Assembly: GCF_001194135.2 (NCBI RefSeq)
Contig: NC_068986.1
Location: 25,241,304 to 25,279,815 of the forward strand
DNA length: 38,512 nt
Reading direction: 5' to 3'
Origin: Octopus bimaculoides
Lineage: Eukaryota
Below, in pieces: positions 22,701-32,974 of this stretch (position 1 is the stretch's first letter; every line of letters starts with the position of its first letter). The notes beneath the pieces are model-generated. The model made no database searches and was not told where the DNA came from. It was given only the letters and a program-made list of their open reading frames with translations. Made by a program: the position numbers and the translations under genes.

Positions 22701-25700
22701 ATGTGGCAAGTCTTCCAGTAGTGTAGTTAATGTGTCTACTGAGTCTGCATCCTCTCACTTTACACAAGCTTATACAGCAGACCCAGAAGTGCTCCTCTCA
22801 TGCTCCCCACCCCAAGCTATTCTTTTATTCTTTTATTTGTTTTGGTCATTTGTCTACCAGACAGATGGCAGAGCATTGTGGAAAATGAAGGAGTATATTT
22901 TAGATGAAAAAAGAACTGTGTTTATCTTAATTTTGAAAAATAAAAGATGTATAAAAAAACGCATCATTTATGGGATGACCCGATATATATATACAGGGGT
23001 TGGACAAAATAATGGAAACAACTAGCATCATTGCATCATAATTTTGAAATATCTATAAACCCATTAAAAGCTTGTTTATTTTTATGTTTTTTGATTTATT
23101 TATTATTAGTGTTGCTTAATGTTTTGCTAAAATTGCTGTTTCTTTTCAGATATCATCAGAAAAAGGTAATTAAAATTCATTAAAATGACAGATCTATCAG
23201 ACTTTCAAAGAGGTCAAATTGTTGGTGCTTGTATGGCAGGCACTAGTGTAATGAAAACAGCCAAAATGTTTGGTGTATCAAGTAGTACTGTCTTGAAAGA
23301 AATGACAGCCTTTGAGAAAGAGGGGAAAAACTTCTTCATTGAAACAAAACTCTGGAAGAAAACAAAATCTTTCAGATAGGGACCATCAGACTCTTACTCA
23401 AATTGTTAGAAAAGATCACACAAATACAGTTCCCAAAATTACTGCAAAACTTAATGACCCCTTCAAGAACCCAGTTTCCACAAAAACTTTTTGCCAGGAG
23501 CTGCACAAAGCCAGTCTTCATGGGAGGGCTGCAATCAGAAAACTACTACTTTCAAAAACAAACGTTGCGAAGCATTTAGAGTGGAGTAAAAACCTACAGA
23601 ATTGGTCCCTAGAGCAGTGGAAGAATGTTATTTTCTCGGATGAGGCATCCTTTACCTTATTTCTAACCACTGGCTGAGTATATGTGTGAAGACAGCCAAA
23701 AGAAGCATTTGACCCAGGTTGTCTTCTTCCAACTGCTAAACGTAGGTGAGGNNNNNNNNNNNNNNNNNNNNNNNNNNNNNNNNNNNNNNNNNNNNNNNNN
23801 NNNNNNNNNNNNNNNNNNNNNNNNNNNNNNNNNNNNNNNNNNNNNNNNNNNNNNNNNNNNNNNNNNNNNNNNNNNNNNNNNNNNNNNNNNNNNNNNNNNN
23901 NNNNNNNNNNNNNNNNNNNNNNNNNNNNNNNNNNNNNNNNNNNNNNNNNNNNNNNNNNNNNNNNNNNNNNNNNNNNNNNNNNNNNNNNNNNNGTTAAATG
24001 ATGATGATAATGATGATGGTGCATTTTAGAAAAACAAGTAAGGAGTCTATATTCTCCACCATCATCACTACACGAACTGTAGACTGTTTTAGTTGAAGAA
24101 CGGACAAAAATTTCTTTGGAAACAACTGAAACTTTGTATGAGTCCATACCTCATAGAATTGAAGCTGTAATTACTGCCAAAGGTGGTCCGACCCCATGTT
24201 AAAATAAATTTGTTTGAAATTTTAAGGTGTTTCTATTATTTTGTCCAATCCCTGTATATGTGTATATATTTTTTGCAAATGTTTCAGTACGACAGCTGTA
24301 AATTCAAGGAAAAATAAACGCCTGTAGATATTTCTGTTACATCTTACGAAAAATCTATAAAAGCTATTGAAAAATAATTAATGACATGGTTTATCTTTTT
24401 TTTAATTGTTGTTATGCATGGGGCCTATACTGCGCATGGGGTGGGCTGTTATGTTATGCATGGGGTTATACCATCCATGGGGTGGGCTGTTACATCTTGC
24501 AGGCTTTATCAGTTAACTAATGATTTCTTGTCTCTTGCTTTTGCTTTTTGCTTGCTTTCTTTTTTTTTTATGCTCTCTTTTTGCTGTTGCCAAGAGGAAG
24601 TAATACAGATGTAAGTCCTTTTACTCTGCTTAGACAATCTGGCACATATTAATGCCACATTACTTCCATTGTACAGATCAATTTTACTTGTGAAAGGATG
24701 GATGCCCTTAATTTAACAATATAAACTGAAACACTCACTTGTTTGCATATAAAAGGGGAGATTGATTTTTTTTAAATTGTTTTTTTTTTTTTCAATCTTC
24801 AATATATTTTGATGAAATTAAAATAATTTATAAAAGTTTATCAATTTTATCATTCATTATCTAGGAGTTTGTTCAGAAAACAAAAGGACATTTAGATAAG
24901 ATACTCAGGGAAATTTTGGCCCAAACCTCAAAATTGGAAGAGACGAAAGATGAAATTAAGGTATGATTCTAAACTTGTAATGATTGGTATTATTAGTCTT
25001 GCTGTTTTAGTGGCGTTTCATCTGTCTTTACATTCTGAGTTCAAATTCCACCTAGGTCACTTTGCCTTTCTTCTTTTCGGGGTCAATAAAATAAGTACCA
25101 GTTGAGCAGTGGGGTCAATATAATTGACTTCCACCCTCTCCCAGACTTGCTGGCTTTATGCCAAAATATGAAACCTATATTAGTCTTGTTATCATTGGTT
25201 GTACTTGAGGCCCAGAGCAGTTCATCACCATGGGCATATGGCGTAGTGGTTAAGAGCAGGGGCTACCAACCCCAAGATTCCAAGTTCGATTCCAGGCAGT
25301 GACCTTAATAATAATAATAATAATAATAATAATATTAAAAAAATACCTTAGGAATGAGAACCCAGGTTCAAAATTTCCCCAAGACACCTGAAGAAGGCTG
25401 GAGGGTATATCAACCGAAACATTGTGTTAACAACAAACAAGGTGAGGACAAATATCCGTCAAATATAAACAATGTAAATAATGTACATAATTCCTCATCT
25501 CTTAAATATAGAACTGTACCTTTTTAATCCATCCTCAACACTTAATACTTTGTGAAGAAAAGTAGTTGGAGTGAAACTCAGCAACATATTACTGAAACTA
25601 AAACTGTGGCTCACCAATATGCTTTATTGTTTGTTTTCTGCTTTTTCTATGACCAGTTTGACTCTTCCTTCCATGCCGATACAATTATTTCATTTGGTAG

Positions 25701-28700
25701 ACATTGTATGGTAAACTTATCAGCATGTGATTTTTAGTAAATGCTCTTTAGCCTTGCTATAAAAAGGTAGAGATTATGAGTAAACCACAGGATATTCCCT
25801 CAGTTACCAGAAACCGTTTAATCCAACTAATGTTTAATTTTTGTTAATGAGGCTGTGTGTTTACTAATAAACAATTGCTTATAAGTTTGCTTTATCTTGG
25901 TGCTTTTATTAATTCATGTTGCCAGAGCTTGCAGTGTTATGCAAATTAGACAAACCAATTTAGTTCCCCTGGATGTGTAAAGAATATAAATAGTTGTATG
26001 CTATTCCTCTCTGTGACCAAGAATAAGTAACCAATTGCTGACTGTCTCAATAAAAGTTGAAACTAGCTAAAATCACCTCTCTGTGAAGAAGTGGACTGTT
26101 GTTAAACCACAAAAGAACCTCTTTCACAATAAAACTGAGTAATACATACTTCTAAGTTCATCTTACATTCCAACTTATCCTAATACCGTATAGTGCTTCT
26201 ATTATTTCATTGTACCATTCCTTTCTGTTGAAGGCACATGACCTAATGGTTAGGGTGGTCAGCTCATAATCAGTGTTGTGGGTTCAATTCCTAGACTTGG
26301 CAGCACAATTTCCTTGAGCAAGGCACTTCACTTCATGTTTATCTAGTCTGCTCAAATCAAAGTTTAGTACTGTAGATTCTTGTGATTTTGAAAGGTTTAA
26401 TATTTTGTCTTTTTCACTTTTGACTATTAACAAGATCATGTATATTTATTTCAGAGAGGGAGCTTATGCTGTAAACCAGGTTTGAAGGAATTTATTCCAC
26501 ATTACACTATTCGGGTGGTCAGCTCATAATCATAGTATTGTGGGTTCAATTCCTAGACTTGACCGCATAGTTTCTTTGAGCAAGGTACTTCTTTATGTTT
26601 CTCTAATCAGTCTAGGTTTTGATTATGGGAGACTTTTGAGCTAATTACTGTGTGCTAATAATCAAACAAAAAATTTTTAAAAAACTTGTGTAGTCCATTG
26701 CTGCTGTAGCTGGTAAAGGACCAAGTGTCTGGTCTTAATGATGAGAGTTAGGACGTTGGATTTTTGGTTAGTAAGATGTATCCTGTCCAGTATATATCTT
26801 TTTTTCTTTATTACCCCCGCCTTAGCGAAGGCAGAAGTATTGTTTTCAGTTGTGTTTGTTTGTTTGTTTGTCTGTGAACAAGATATCTCAAGAATCACTG
26901 GATGGATTCAGATGTAACTTTCAGGGATGTTTGGCTTCATGACTGGCACAAACTAATTAGATTTGGGGATCAATCCGGTACCAAACAAGGATTCTAGATT
27001 ATTTTTCCATTTTTTATTTTTACTTAATTTTTGAGAGTGGTCAGGTTCATTTTTACTATTTTCATTTGTAAGAGCAGTCGAGTTTATTTCAGATATTCTC
27101 ATTTTAAAAAAACCATCTCTGGCTAATCATTGAGAGGGGATTGGTCTTACCTTGGTGGAGGTTTGTGCTCTCTGAGTACCCTTGTTTCTTATTTGTTTCA
27201 GTCATTAGACTACGGCCATGCTGGGGCACTGCCTTGAAGAACTTTTAGTCAAATGAATCAATCTTGGTACTTATCCTGTTGGTTTCTTTTGCTGAACTTC
27301 TAAGTTACAGGGATATAAACACACCAACACCTGTTGTCAAGCATTGGTGGGAGACATATACAGACCCAAAGACACACACGCACACACATATGACCAGCCT
27401 TTTTCAGTTTCCATCTACCAAATCCACTCACAAGACTCTAGTTGGCCTGAGGCTATAGCAGAAGACACTTGCCCAAGTTGCCACACAGTGGGACTGAACC
27501 TGGAACCATGTGGTTGCAAAGCAAATTTCTTGCCACACCTGCACCTGTGAACACAAAACCACACCCTAGATAATTTATCAGGTCATTATTTTGCTTTGTT
27601 TTTAATTCCGCTCTCATTTCTAACGAACCCATTCATTAGTTCTGAATGAGGCAGTTAGATGCAGCTGTTTAGACACTGATGGTTTGGCATGGATGAGTGG
27701 ACTTTTGGCTTGTTTTGGCAAAGGAGGCAAACACATATACATGTGCACATGCAGAGTGTGTGTGTGTGTGTGAGAGAGACATTACACAAACGTACAAACA
27801 TAAATCGATGCTTACACATATTAACAGTGAATAGGGGAGAGAGAGAGAGGGATTAAAACAGCTGTCAGATAAGTTAGTGTCAAATCAGTAGTACCAAACA
27901 GGTGGCACCAAAATGGTTGTGCTGAAACATTTCATACTCTCATTAGTTTGTTTAGTCCACATTACCCCATATGGAGCACAGGGCCGGTTTCCTAATTTCT
28001 CTGGCATATATATTCGCCTCTGGATGGGATGCTGGTCTGTTGCAAGATTATTCATTTTTATCAGTCGAGTGGACTGGAGCAACAGGAAATGAAGTGTTTT
28101 GCTTAAGAACACAATGCATCATCCAGTCCAGGAATTGAAACCACAATCCTACGATCATGAGTTCAATACCCTAACCACTAAGTCAAGCACCTCCACACCC
28201 TCATTGGTTTATTCATTTATTATATCTGTCTTATCGTTAAGATTATGGTTGGTTTATTTAAATTGATTTCCTTTTTTTTCTTTTTTCTTTTAGCATTTGC
28301 ATGATGAGGCATCAAAAAGGGTTTCGGAACAGTATCAACACATACTTAATGATATTATTGCTGTACTCAGTCAGCAGAAGGGAGCTCATCTCAATAACCT
28401 CAATGAAATAAAATCAAAAGCTATAGCATCACTTGAATTACATTTAAATAATAGCACGAAGAGGACAAGGTCAATAGATGAAATGGTTGAGGGTTGTAAA
28501 AGAATAGCAAATGAACAAAGTCAAAGAGAATTATTAGAACAAGCATCTGACATTTTCACACTTCAGGCTCAAGAAATGGAACTGACAAATGAGTAAGTCT
28601 GCTGTAAATTTATTGATTTTTTTTTGTTTTAGTAACTATTGGGTTGGTGCATAATTATTGTGACATTTTTTCAACAAATTTTATCCAACAAAAACAATAA

Positions 28701-31700
28701 CATGTAACAAAAACATCTTTAAATGATTATTACGGAGCATATTCACTATCTACTACAATTACTGCTTCTCATTTGCTTGGCAGACGGTCAGACCATCATT
28801 TAAAGATGTTTTTGTTAAATATTGTTATTGTTTTTGTTAAATATTGTTATTGTTTTTGTTAAATATTGTTATTGTTTTTGTTGAACAAAATTTGTTGGAA
28901 AAAAGCTGCAATAATTATATACCAATCCAATATTTTAGTTAATATATAGTTTAAGACTCGGTTACAAAACCCACCCTCACAAAAAACAGCCTACTAGGTG
29001 TATTCATTTTCTANNNNNNNNNNTGAAAGTTAGGAGGGGAAAAATTTGGATTGTGTGAACTTTCCTACAGTCTTCTCCCCACCCTTTCAGAAAACATTTT
29101 CCCCACAAATTTCTTTGATTGTAATTTATGTTGCTTGAAAGTTGTTTCTGTGAAATTTCATTAATATATATCCATTTATGAGGGAAAAATTGGATCTTGT
29201 TAATTTTCCGACAATCCTCTCCCCATCTCTTCGGAAAACATTTTCATCAGAATTTTCTTTATAATCATAATCTGTGCCATTTGAAAGGTTTTCCTATAAA
29301 ATTTCATTAATATATATCCATTTTCCTGAAAGTTACGAGGGAAAAATCAGATCTTGTGAATTTTCTGAAAGTTTGTGCAAAATCATGTCTGGCCATGGGG
29401 GAAAATATCTATCTTGGAAACAGTTGAGGGTTGATAGCAGGATGGACATCCAGCCATAGAAAGTCTGCCTCTTTAAACTTTGACCCATGCAAACATGGAA
29501 AAGTGGACATTAAAATGATGGTGATGACATCTGTTCCAAAATGAGTCTTCTAAAGAAATTATTGTCATTATTAGGTTGAAACAGATGGAATCTTTTTACC
29601 AGGAGCTTATCATTGAAAAGTCTGCTCAGCAATGCCTCCGATCTGTTGTAACTCGCTTTCGAAAAACAACCTTTGATGATTTGAAAATTTTTCTTGGTAT
29701 GTATATTTCAAAATGGTTATTTTAAAATCTTCATTTATTTATTTTTTTAATTACACCCTGGCAGCTAGGTAATTCTGAGGAATTTTTGCCTTTAGAATAA
29801 GCTATTGTAGAATAAGCTATTGTAGAATAAGCTATTGTCGAATAAGCTATTGTCGAATAAGCTATTGTCGAATAAGCTATTGTCGAATAAGCTATTGTTC
29901 TTGTAAAGGCAGTAAGCTGGCAAAGCCATTAGCACATTGAATAAAATGCTTAACGGCACTCTTGTGGGTTTTATGTTCTGAGCTCAAATTATGCCGAGGT
30001 CAACTTTGCCTTTCAACCTATCAGGGTTGACAAAATAAGTACCAGCCAGGTACTGGGTTCAAAGTTATCAACTTACCCCTCCTCTCAAAATCTGCTAGCC
30101 CTGTGCCAAAATTTGAAACTAATATTTGTTCTTGTCATCATGTGCCTCTAATCTCTTTACAGAATCATGTCTTGAGTACTTTCTGTAGGACAGCATGTTT
30201 AAACAGCTGTGAAACCATTTAAAATTACAAGAAAAAATGCTAGCAAGAGAAATAATATTCTTCAGATTATAAACCTGGAAAAGTACAGGACAAGTTGTTA
30301 CTCTTGGAAAAGTAAAGGACAAGTTATTACCTTGTGAGTGAATTTGGTAGACGGAAACTGGAAGAAGCCTGTTATATATGCTGGTGGCATGCAATAAGCA
30401 CCATTCATATGTGGGTCACTGCCAGTGCCATCTGACTGGCTCCCCAAGCTGGTGGCATGTAAAAAAGCACCATTCAAATGTGGTCAATGCTAGCCGCTGA
30501 CCCCCCCTGCCCCAACTGGCTCCTGTGCCAGTGGCACATAAAAAGCACCATCCAAACATGGCAGATGCCAGTGCCGCCTGACTGGCTCCCATGTCAGTGG
30601 CACGTAAAAAGCACCTACTACACTCTCAGAGTGGTTGGCGTTAGGAAGGGCATCCAGCTGTAGAAACAGTGCCAGATTAGATTGGAGCCTGGTGCAGCCT
30701 CCTGGCTTGGCAGTCCCTAGTCAAACTGTCCAACCCATGCCAGCATGGAAAACGGACATTAAACACTGATGATTTTGTCCCCACTGCCATCACTTGACAA
30801 CCGATGTTGGTGTGCTTATGCCCCTGTGACTTAGCGGTTTGGCAAAAGAGACTGATAGAATAAGTACTAGGCTTACAAAAGAATAATTCCTGGGGTCGAT
30901 TTGTTCAATTAAGGCAGTGCTCCACCATGGCCACAGTCAAATAACTGAAACAAGTAAAAGAATAAAACCATTAATATTTACAGAAATCTGTTCTCCTTGG
31001 AGATATTTTTATCTGCATATTTATAAACTTAAAAGAATTTATTTGGCTAAAGGTATCTAAAAGAAAAGTTTGGCATTGCAGTAATGCTAATTGTAGCATT
31101 ACTTTTCAAGACCTGTTGATATCAGTTTTGTTTTTGAAAGAGAATCTACTTCAGTTCAATTGAATTGTTTCAGATATCGTGGCTGACAGTTGCATCAAAT
31201 TTCTGTTAATAGCATTTGTAGATGAACATTAGCTGAATGGTTATTGTATCTTAGCGATACTGATAGCCTTAAATATATAGTCTTCTATTAGTCTATTTTA
31301 GAATGAAAAAGTAATATGTTACGTAACTGGATATAGCATTCTTTGAGTAATTCTCCTTACATTTTAAGAACAGTAAAGCAGTCATACACATACACATACA
31401 CACACACACATACATTCTCTCTCTCATGCATGCATGCACATATACTCATACACATTATTCATATATCTATATAATAGTCATATTCATTCACATATAGTCA
31501 CACATATGCACACACATTCATTCATATATACTCACACACACTCACACGTTCATACACATGTAGCTGATTCTAATTATTTTTGCATTTTTTCAGATGATGA
31601 TAAAAGCAAATGTGACCATATTGTACCTATGATGCAGGCGTCACCAACCCCAAGCAAACTAAGTGGTGTTCGAGTGCAGAATAAATGTCTAATGACATGG

Positions 31701-32153
31701 GGATTTAATTCTACAACATTCACTGCAGAAGCGCTAAATGGTAATGCATTTTGGTCAGTAAACTTGGAATGTAATTCTTCTCATACGGGTGATCTTGTGT
31801 CAAACTACGTATTTGGAGTTGGAATAGCATCTGAACGCTTATGTTACAAAGACCAAGTTGGATTTCATGAGAAGTCCATTGGCATAATTTGTAGCTCTGG
31901 CTCTTTCCAATTCTGTAAGAATGGAGCCTCAGAGTTTCTCATGGCATTACAAAAACCTCCACTAACAATTACAATTTTTGTACGTTTTGATTATGAAAAC
32001 CTGATTGTCTTTGGATACAAATTAGCTAATAGCAGCTGGGATAATATTTTGTCAGGGAAAAAGCTTATAAAAGATCTTTCAACTGCTGAAAATCTTTATC
32101 CTGTATTTACGGTTAGTCAAAAAGTGAAGATGACTTTTTCTAGAAATGTTTGA
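19600..32153 (+). CDS. Spliced TRIM (RBCC-SPRY) E3 ubiquitin ligase, TRIM9/MID1-like N-terminus, no FN3; join(19600..19732,21767..22302,24865..24960,28294..28592,29575..29696,31594..32153), 581 aa
   Basis: Six exons with GT-AG boundaries and matching phases (1,0,0,2,1). Total 1746 nt = 582 codons ending in TGA. C3HC4 RING, two B-boxes, a helical Q/E/K/L-rich region and a SPRY-like terminal exon. Confidence 0.9.
20105..20280 (-). mobile_element. SINE family B
   Basis: Reverse-complement homology (ctggtacg...ccgaaaggatgaaaagcaaagtcaac). Confidence 0.7.
21767..22302 (+). CDS. TRIM coding exon 2: end of RING (CPTC), B-box1, B-box2
   Basis: Acceptor ctccccttacttacag|; CELC...CQQC...YCQDC...[11 protein letters not shown] (B-box1); CGDH...FCDSC...CPLC...KHAGH (B-box2); donor AAG|GTAAGT at 22303. 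Confidence 0.95.
22868..22990. repeat. Dispersed repeat, second copy at 34542-34660; probable transposon end
   Basis: About 120-nt match agagcattgtggaaaatgaa...tttatgggatgacc; both copies abut (TA)n. Confidence 0.7.
22994..24254 (+). mobile_element. Decayed Tc1-family DNA transposon in TRIM intron
   Basis: About 30-bp TIRs (CAGGGGTTGGACAAAATAATGGAAACAACT versus rc CAGGGATTGGACAAAATAATAGAAACACCT), TA on both flanks. Frameshifted transposase: paired-like HTH ([14 protein letters not shown]), WKNVIFSDE (first catalytic D), C-terminal [13 protein letters not shown]. Contains gap 23752-23992. Confidence 0.93.
24865..24960 (+). CDS. TRIM coding exon 3: 96-nt coiled-coil exon ([32 protein letters not shown])
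   Basis: ttatctag| acceptor, AAG|GTATGA donor, phase 0-0, open frame with heptad-like composition. Not in the ORF track because it is short. Confidence 0.88.
25002..25177 (+). mobile_element. SINE family B, 5'-truncated
   Basis: 11-bp TSD TATTAGTCTTG (24991-25001, 25178-25188). Confidence 0.8.
25232..25517 (+). mobile_element. SINE family F: tRNA head, (AAT)n spacer, Penelope-like 3' part with hammerhead-like motif
   Basis: A box tggcgtagtgg 25239-25249, B box gttcgattcc 25284-25293; CTGAAGA...GAAA core at 25388-25419. Confidence 0.65.
26808..27186 (+). mobile_element. Helentron-associated interspersed element (HINE / DINE-1-like)
   Basis: Starts ttattacccccgcc, internal (GTTT/GTCT)n, subterminal IR ggtggaggtt, 3' hairpin gtgctc-tct-gagtac, ends in a T-run. 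Confidence 0.75.
27185..27545 (-). mobile_element. SINE family A
   Basis: Reverse complement of the family sequence, abutting the HINE. Confidence 0.8.
28294..28592 (+). CDS. TRIM coding exon 4: coiled coil
   Basis: Long polypyrimidine tract ending tag| at 28293; open helical frame ([14 protein letters not shown]...ELTNE); donor GA|GTAAGT, phase 2. Confidence 0.9.
28639..28930. mobile_element. Mariner-type foldback MITE
   Basis: TA flanks; TIRs TTGGGTTGGTGCATAATTATTG / rc TTGGATTGGTATATAATTATTG; long subterminal inverted homology; 3x 22-bp internal tandem repeat. Confidence 0.85.
29024..29370. repeat. Degenerate roughly 150-bp tandem units; related sequence at 1-130
   Basis: Repeated aaatttcattaatatatatccatt, gagggaaaaat..gatcttgt and gaaaacatttt blocks. 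Confidence 0.55.
29575..29696 (+). CDS. TRIM coding exon 5: end of coiled coil / possible degenerate COS region ([40 protein letters not shown])
   Basis: Acceptor cattattag| at 29574 gives phase 2, matching exon 4; donor TTG|GTATGT at 29697 gives phase 1, matching exon 6. The acceptor at 29602 is out of phase. Confidence 0.8.
29794..29898. repeat. 15-bp minisatellite, 7 copies
   Basis: 3x AGAATAAGCTATTGT followed by 4x CGAATAAGCTATTGT. Confidence 0.95.
29905..30120 (+). mobile_element. SINE family B
   Basis: Homology to 32323-32534. Confidence 0.75.
30330..30965 (+). mobile_element. SINE family A interrupted by a family D element (about 30380-30775)
   Basis: A 5' part (gagtgaatttggtagacggaaact) and A 3' part (cttgacaaccgatg...aagtaaaag) flank a D copy. 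Confidence 0.75.
31380..31560. repeat. Degenerate (CA/TA)n low-complexity tract upstream of the SPRY exon
   Basis: Directly visible; explains the His/Thr-rich N-terminus of ORF 31434..32153. Confidence 0.85.
31594..32153 (+). CDS. TRIM terminal coding exon: divergent SPRY/B30.2 domain
   Basis: Acceptor tgcattttttcag|, phase 1; GNAFWSV (cf. GxHYWEV), [17 protein letters not shown] and LYPVF motifs; stop TGA at 32151-32153. Confidence 0.85.
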
Positions 32154-32263
32154 CCATTGATATTTTTAATATATATTTAATCTCTTATTTTGTTTATGAT
32201 ATTTGTTATAAACTGCTGGTTTTATATCTTACACACACACAAACATAAAATTTTTAAGTCATC

Positions 32264-32269
32264 AATAAA
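32264..32269 (+). terminator. Candidate polyadenylation signal of the TRIM gene
   Basis: AATAAA about 110 nt after the stop codon, followed by T-rich sequence. Confidence 0.45.
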
Positions 32270-32322
32270 TAACCGTTTCTTATGCGTCATATATTTTAAT
32301 GTGTAAAGAATATCTGCATTGT

Positions 32323-32534
32323 GTAAGGCGGCGAGCTGGTAGAAAAGTTAGCATGTGAGGCAAAATGCTTAGCGGTATTTTGTCTGTCTTTATGTTCTAG
32401 GTTCAAATTCCGCCGAAGTTGACTTTGCCTTTCATCCTTTCAGAGTCGATAAATTAAGTACCAGTTGCATACTGGGGTCAATCTAATCGACTGGGCCTCT
32501 CCCCAAAAATTTTGGGCTTTGTGCCTAGTATAGA
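32323..32534 (+). mobile_element. SINE family B, full length
   Basis: 18-bp TSD AAAGAATATCTGCATTGT (32305-32322, 32535-32552). Confidence 0.88.
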
Positions 32535-32919
32535 AAAGAATATCTGCATTGTTTACAACATTAATTAAAACGGCCATTAATTATTATTTCTTAGTCTCAA
32601 AGTCAAGATAACTTCTTGCCTCAAAAAAGTCATGGCCATTGCTTCCTCACCTGGCTGTCAAAGAAAAGAAGAAAAAAAAAAACAGATTTCTGAATATCAC
32701 CTGCATCCTTGCTAATCTGAGAGGACTGATTCAGATCATGGATGCTGCTTCACCAACATAGAGTGAATGTCCACACGTCTCTCTAATTTGTTTGTTTGGA
32801 TTTTGCAAGTCAGTATAAAATCCCAAATTAGGTTGACCAATGTTCCATAATCTGTAATATTCTTTATTAAGCTGTGTAAACAGTTTTCTTTGACTTCTCT
32901 CCACTGACTACCAGTAGTG

Positions 32920-32939
32920 ATATATATATATATGATGAT

Positions 32940-32974
<35 letters not shown>

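Noticed and set aside
29794-29898. CRISPR-like regular repeat
   Set aside because: Units are contiguous with no spacers, there are no cas genes, and the context is eukaryotic.
30984-31052. Possible 69-nt phase 1-1 cassette exon before the SPRY exon
   Set aside because: Weak pyrimidine tract; peptide unlike FN3 or COS.
31434-31593. N-terminal part of ORF 31434..32153
   Set aside because: Intronic (CA)n low-complexity tract; the real exon starts at 31594.
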